Both the position numbers and the translations under genes were made by a program. A DNA stretch of 42,338 nucleotides from a virus: positions 1-42,338 of the IMG/VR virus record IMGVR_UViG_3300045988_018117, one strand, 5' to 3'. Position 1 is the first letter of the stretch; every line of letters starts with the position of its first letter. The notes beneath the pieces were generated by a model that saw only the letters and a list, made by a program, of their open reading frames with translations, was not told where the DNA came from and searched no databases. Shown here one piece after another: positions 40,600 through 42,338 of this stretch.

Positions 40600-40989
40600 A
40601 TGGAAGAATCTTTACAGGAAATTTGCAGAGAAGCCAAATACCGAGAAAAGATGACGGCGCAGGACATATCCGACAATTCCGACGTTCCGCTGTCCAGCGT
40701 CAACAACTTTTTTTCATCGTCGTCCAAAATGCCGTCTATCTACACCGCTGGACCCATCTGCCGCGTCCTCGGTGTGTCGATAGACGCTTTTTTTCATATT
40801 CAGCCAACACCCGATCCGTCCATAGAAGCACAACTTGCCCACGAACAGGAGATGAACCAGCTCCGCGTCAGAGCCATACGTCACAAGAATTATCTGATCC
40901 TCGGCCTGATGATCCTGCTTGCCATCGCCCTGGCATACGGCATTACCATTGATATGCTAAACCCCAATATTGGACTGTTCCAGAAATAA
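40600..40989 (+). CDS. XRE-type HTH protein with coiled coil and C-terminal TM helix (RodZ-like topology)
   Basis: KMTAQDISDNSDVPLSSVNNFF...ICRVLGVSIDAFF is an HTH. YLILGLMILLAIALAYGITI is a TM helix. RBS GAGGGAGGA. Confidence 0.7.
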   Translation: MEESLQEICREAKYREKMTAQDISDNSDVPLSSVNNFFSSSSKMPSIYTAGPICRVLGVSIDAFFHIQPTPDPSIEAQLAHEQEMNQLRVRAIRHKNYLILGLMILLAIALAYGITIDMLNPNIGLFQK

Positions 40990-41025
40990 AACATCTGTTC
41001 TATTTGTTTGCTACCATTGTATATG

Positions 41026-41069
41026 ACAAGTTTCTTGTTTTCAATCGGCAAGATTTACAAGATTCTTGT
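41026..41069. promoter_or_regulatory. Two palindromic boxes ACAAG-N3-CTTGT 31 bp apart, upstream of int
   Basis: ACAAGTTTCTTGT at 41026-41038 and ACAAGATTCTTGT at 41057-41069. Confidence 0.45.
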
Positions 41070-41091
41070 TTCTTCTTTGTGAGGTGTCCCT

Positions 41092-42177
41092 ATGTCTACT
41101 TGTATAAAATGCGGCGTCCAACTGGTACCGGATGCCTTATATTGCCATATCTGCGGGAAAAAGCAGGTCACGGCCTCCCGCAAGGCGCTGAAACGCCCCA
41201 ATGGGTCAGGCACGGTGTATAAGCTGGGTGGGCGGCGGTCGCGGCCTTGGGTCGCCGCAAAAGACGGCGTGTATATCGGGTACTACGAGCGGAAGACGGA
41301 CGCGCTTGCTGCACTGGATCGGCTGGCAGGCCGTCCGCTGGAGGAAAAGTTCAATATGACCTTTTCCGAGGTGTTCACCGAATGGAAAGCCGAACACTAT
41401 CGGGAGATAGGGGAGAAGGGCGTGGAATCCTATGACAGAGCCTACGCTGTATGTGCGCCGCTGCACAACAAGAAATTTCGTGACCTGCGCACAAAGGACT
41501 TTCAAGCCATCATCGACAGCAACATGGCAAAGTCCAACTCCACGCTGTCTAAATACAAGCAGCTCATGACCCAGATGGCCCGCTGGGCCGTCCGTGAGGA
41601 GATTGCCACAACTGACTTTGCCAAATACGTCAAACTGCCCCAGCAGGTAAAAAAAGAAAAAGCCATCTTTACAGATGACGAAATCGCGCTATTGGAAAAA
41701 GACGGCTCCGACGCCGCCAAGATCGCCCTTATGATGATTTACACCGGTATGCGCATAGGCGAATTGTTCTCCCTTCCGCTGAAAGACTACCATGAATCGT
41801 ATGTGATCGGCGGCGAAAAGACAAAGGCCGGCAGAGACCGCGTTATTCCCATCCGACCGGAGGGCAGGAAGTATTTTGCATACTTCGCCTCCCGCGCCAC
41901 CGGCGACCTGCTTCTGTCCGGCTACGATGGGCAGCGCATCCCCGCCAATTACCGCAAGCGTGACTTCTATCCGTTGCTGGAAAAGCTCGGTATCCCAAAG
42001 CACACGCCCCACGCCACGCGCCACACCTTCGCAACATGGGCGAGAAATGCAGGCATCCAGCAGGAGATTTTGCAGAAGATCATCGGTCACGCAAGCTTCT
42101 CCACCACGGCGGATATTTACATCCATGCAGACGCGGAAAAGCTCATCTCCGCCGTTGAATCTGCAAGTAATTTGTAA
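41092..42177 (+). CDS. int: Tyrosine recombinase (phage integrase) with N-terminal zinc ribbon
   Basis: CIKCG...CHICG at the N-terminus. The C-terminal catalytic region has HATRHTFATW...GHASFSTTADIYIH (R, HxxR, Y). Adjacent to attR. Confidence 0.9.
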   Translation: MSTCIKCGVQLVPDALYCHICGKKQVTASRKALKRPNGSGTVYKLGGRRSRPWVAAKDGVYIGYYERKTDALAALDRLAGRPLEEKFNMTFSEVFTEWKAEHYREIGEKGVESYDRAYAVCAPLHNKKFRDLRTKDFQAIIDSNMAKSNSTLSKYKQLMTQMARWAVREEIATTDFAKYVKLPQQVKKEKAIFTDDEIALLEKDGSDAAKIALMMIYTGMRIGELFSLPLKDYHESYVIGGEKTKAGRDRVIPIRPEGRKYFAYFASRATGDLLLSGYDGQRIPANYRKRDFYPLLEKLGIPKHTPHATRHTFATWARNAGIQQEILQKIIGHASFSTTADIYIHADAEKLISAVESASNL

Positions 42178-42182
42178 GCAAC
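42162..42182 (+). repeat. TGCAAGTAAT-T-TGTAAGCAAC: putative integrase arm-type sites (P arm), matching 137-158
   Basis: TGTAAGCAAC is identical to 148-157. It overlaps the int stop codon, 80 bp from the att core. Confidence 0.4.
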
Positions 42183-42261
42183 CGAAAAAACCTAAAACAG
42201 CTTAACACGGATTCTGGTTATTGTTTTCCGTGAAACATCATCAAAACACCGTGAAAACCGC

Positions 42262-42338
42262 GCAGAAACGTTGTAAAATTCCGTTATCCATATTTCACAC
42301 GCAGGAGGTCACTGGTTCGAGTCCAGCAGTCTCCACCA
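42262..42338. repeat. attR core (77-bp perfect direct repeat, partner 1-77); displaced tmRNA-like 3' fragment
   Basis: Identical to 1-77. Preceded by phage DNA containing CCGTGAAA x2 (42228-42235 and 42249-42256). Confidence 0.9.

Larger units (their letters stand above)
1..42338. mobile_element. Complete integrated temperate phage (prophage) bounded by attL/attR
   Basis: Perfect 77-bp direct repeat at both window ends. Integrase, repressor-type HTH genes, recombination genes, terminase, portal, capsid and lysis genes all lie between the repeats. Confidence 0.9.

Overview
The window is one complete integrated temperate phage of about 42.3 kb. It is bounded by a perfect 77-bp direct repeat (1-77 and 42262-42338) that looks like the 3' end of a tmRNA (ssrA)-type gene. 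The DNA is GC-rich, with strong GGAGG ribosome-binding sites and many ATGA/TGATG start-stop overlaps. Together with a phage-borne Prp protease, this suggests a Firmicutes/Clostridia host (inference).

Layout:
- **Right end, + strand, lysogeny module (38.6-42.2 kb):** tyrosine integrase, three HTH proteins (two with C-terminal TM helices), and a low-GC multi-pass membrane protein gene.
- **38.5 to 26.4 kb, - strand, long early operon:** Cro-like and Xis-like HTH proteins, Gp157-like protein, Rad52-like annealase, NinB-like protein, SSB, RusA, G39P-like loader, short beta-clamp-like protein, two DNA methyltransferases, and many small Cys-rich or membrane ORFs.
- **25.66-26.37 kb, about 715-nt ORF-free island:** contains a tRNA-like gene with an aberrant anticodon arm, plus helix-rich sequence with GNRA/UUCG loops. 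This is a candidate large structured RNA.
- **25.65 to 3.47 kb, - strand, late operon:** TerS, TerL, portal, Prp protease, scaffold, HK97-type capsid, fibre proteins, an embedded lysis cassette, further virion proteins, and a 2549-aa polyvalent giant protein. I see no recognisable tail tube, sheath or tape-measure gene, so it is probably podovirus-like.
- **Left end (0.16-2.9 kb), att-proximal accessory cassette:** Cys-rich, Gly-rich and all-beta proteins of unknown role.

Most noteworthy:
- the candidate structured RNA and its odd tRNA-like gene;
- a cytosine-5 methyltransferase that is circularly permuted and also interrupted exactly at the catalytic PCQ motif;
- the giant polyvalent protein;
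- the two accessory gene islands.

All functional calls come from reading motifs by eye. No database search or RNA folding was run.
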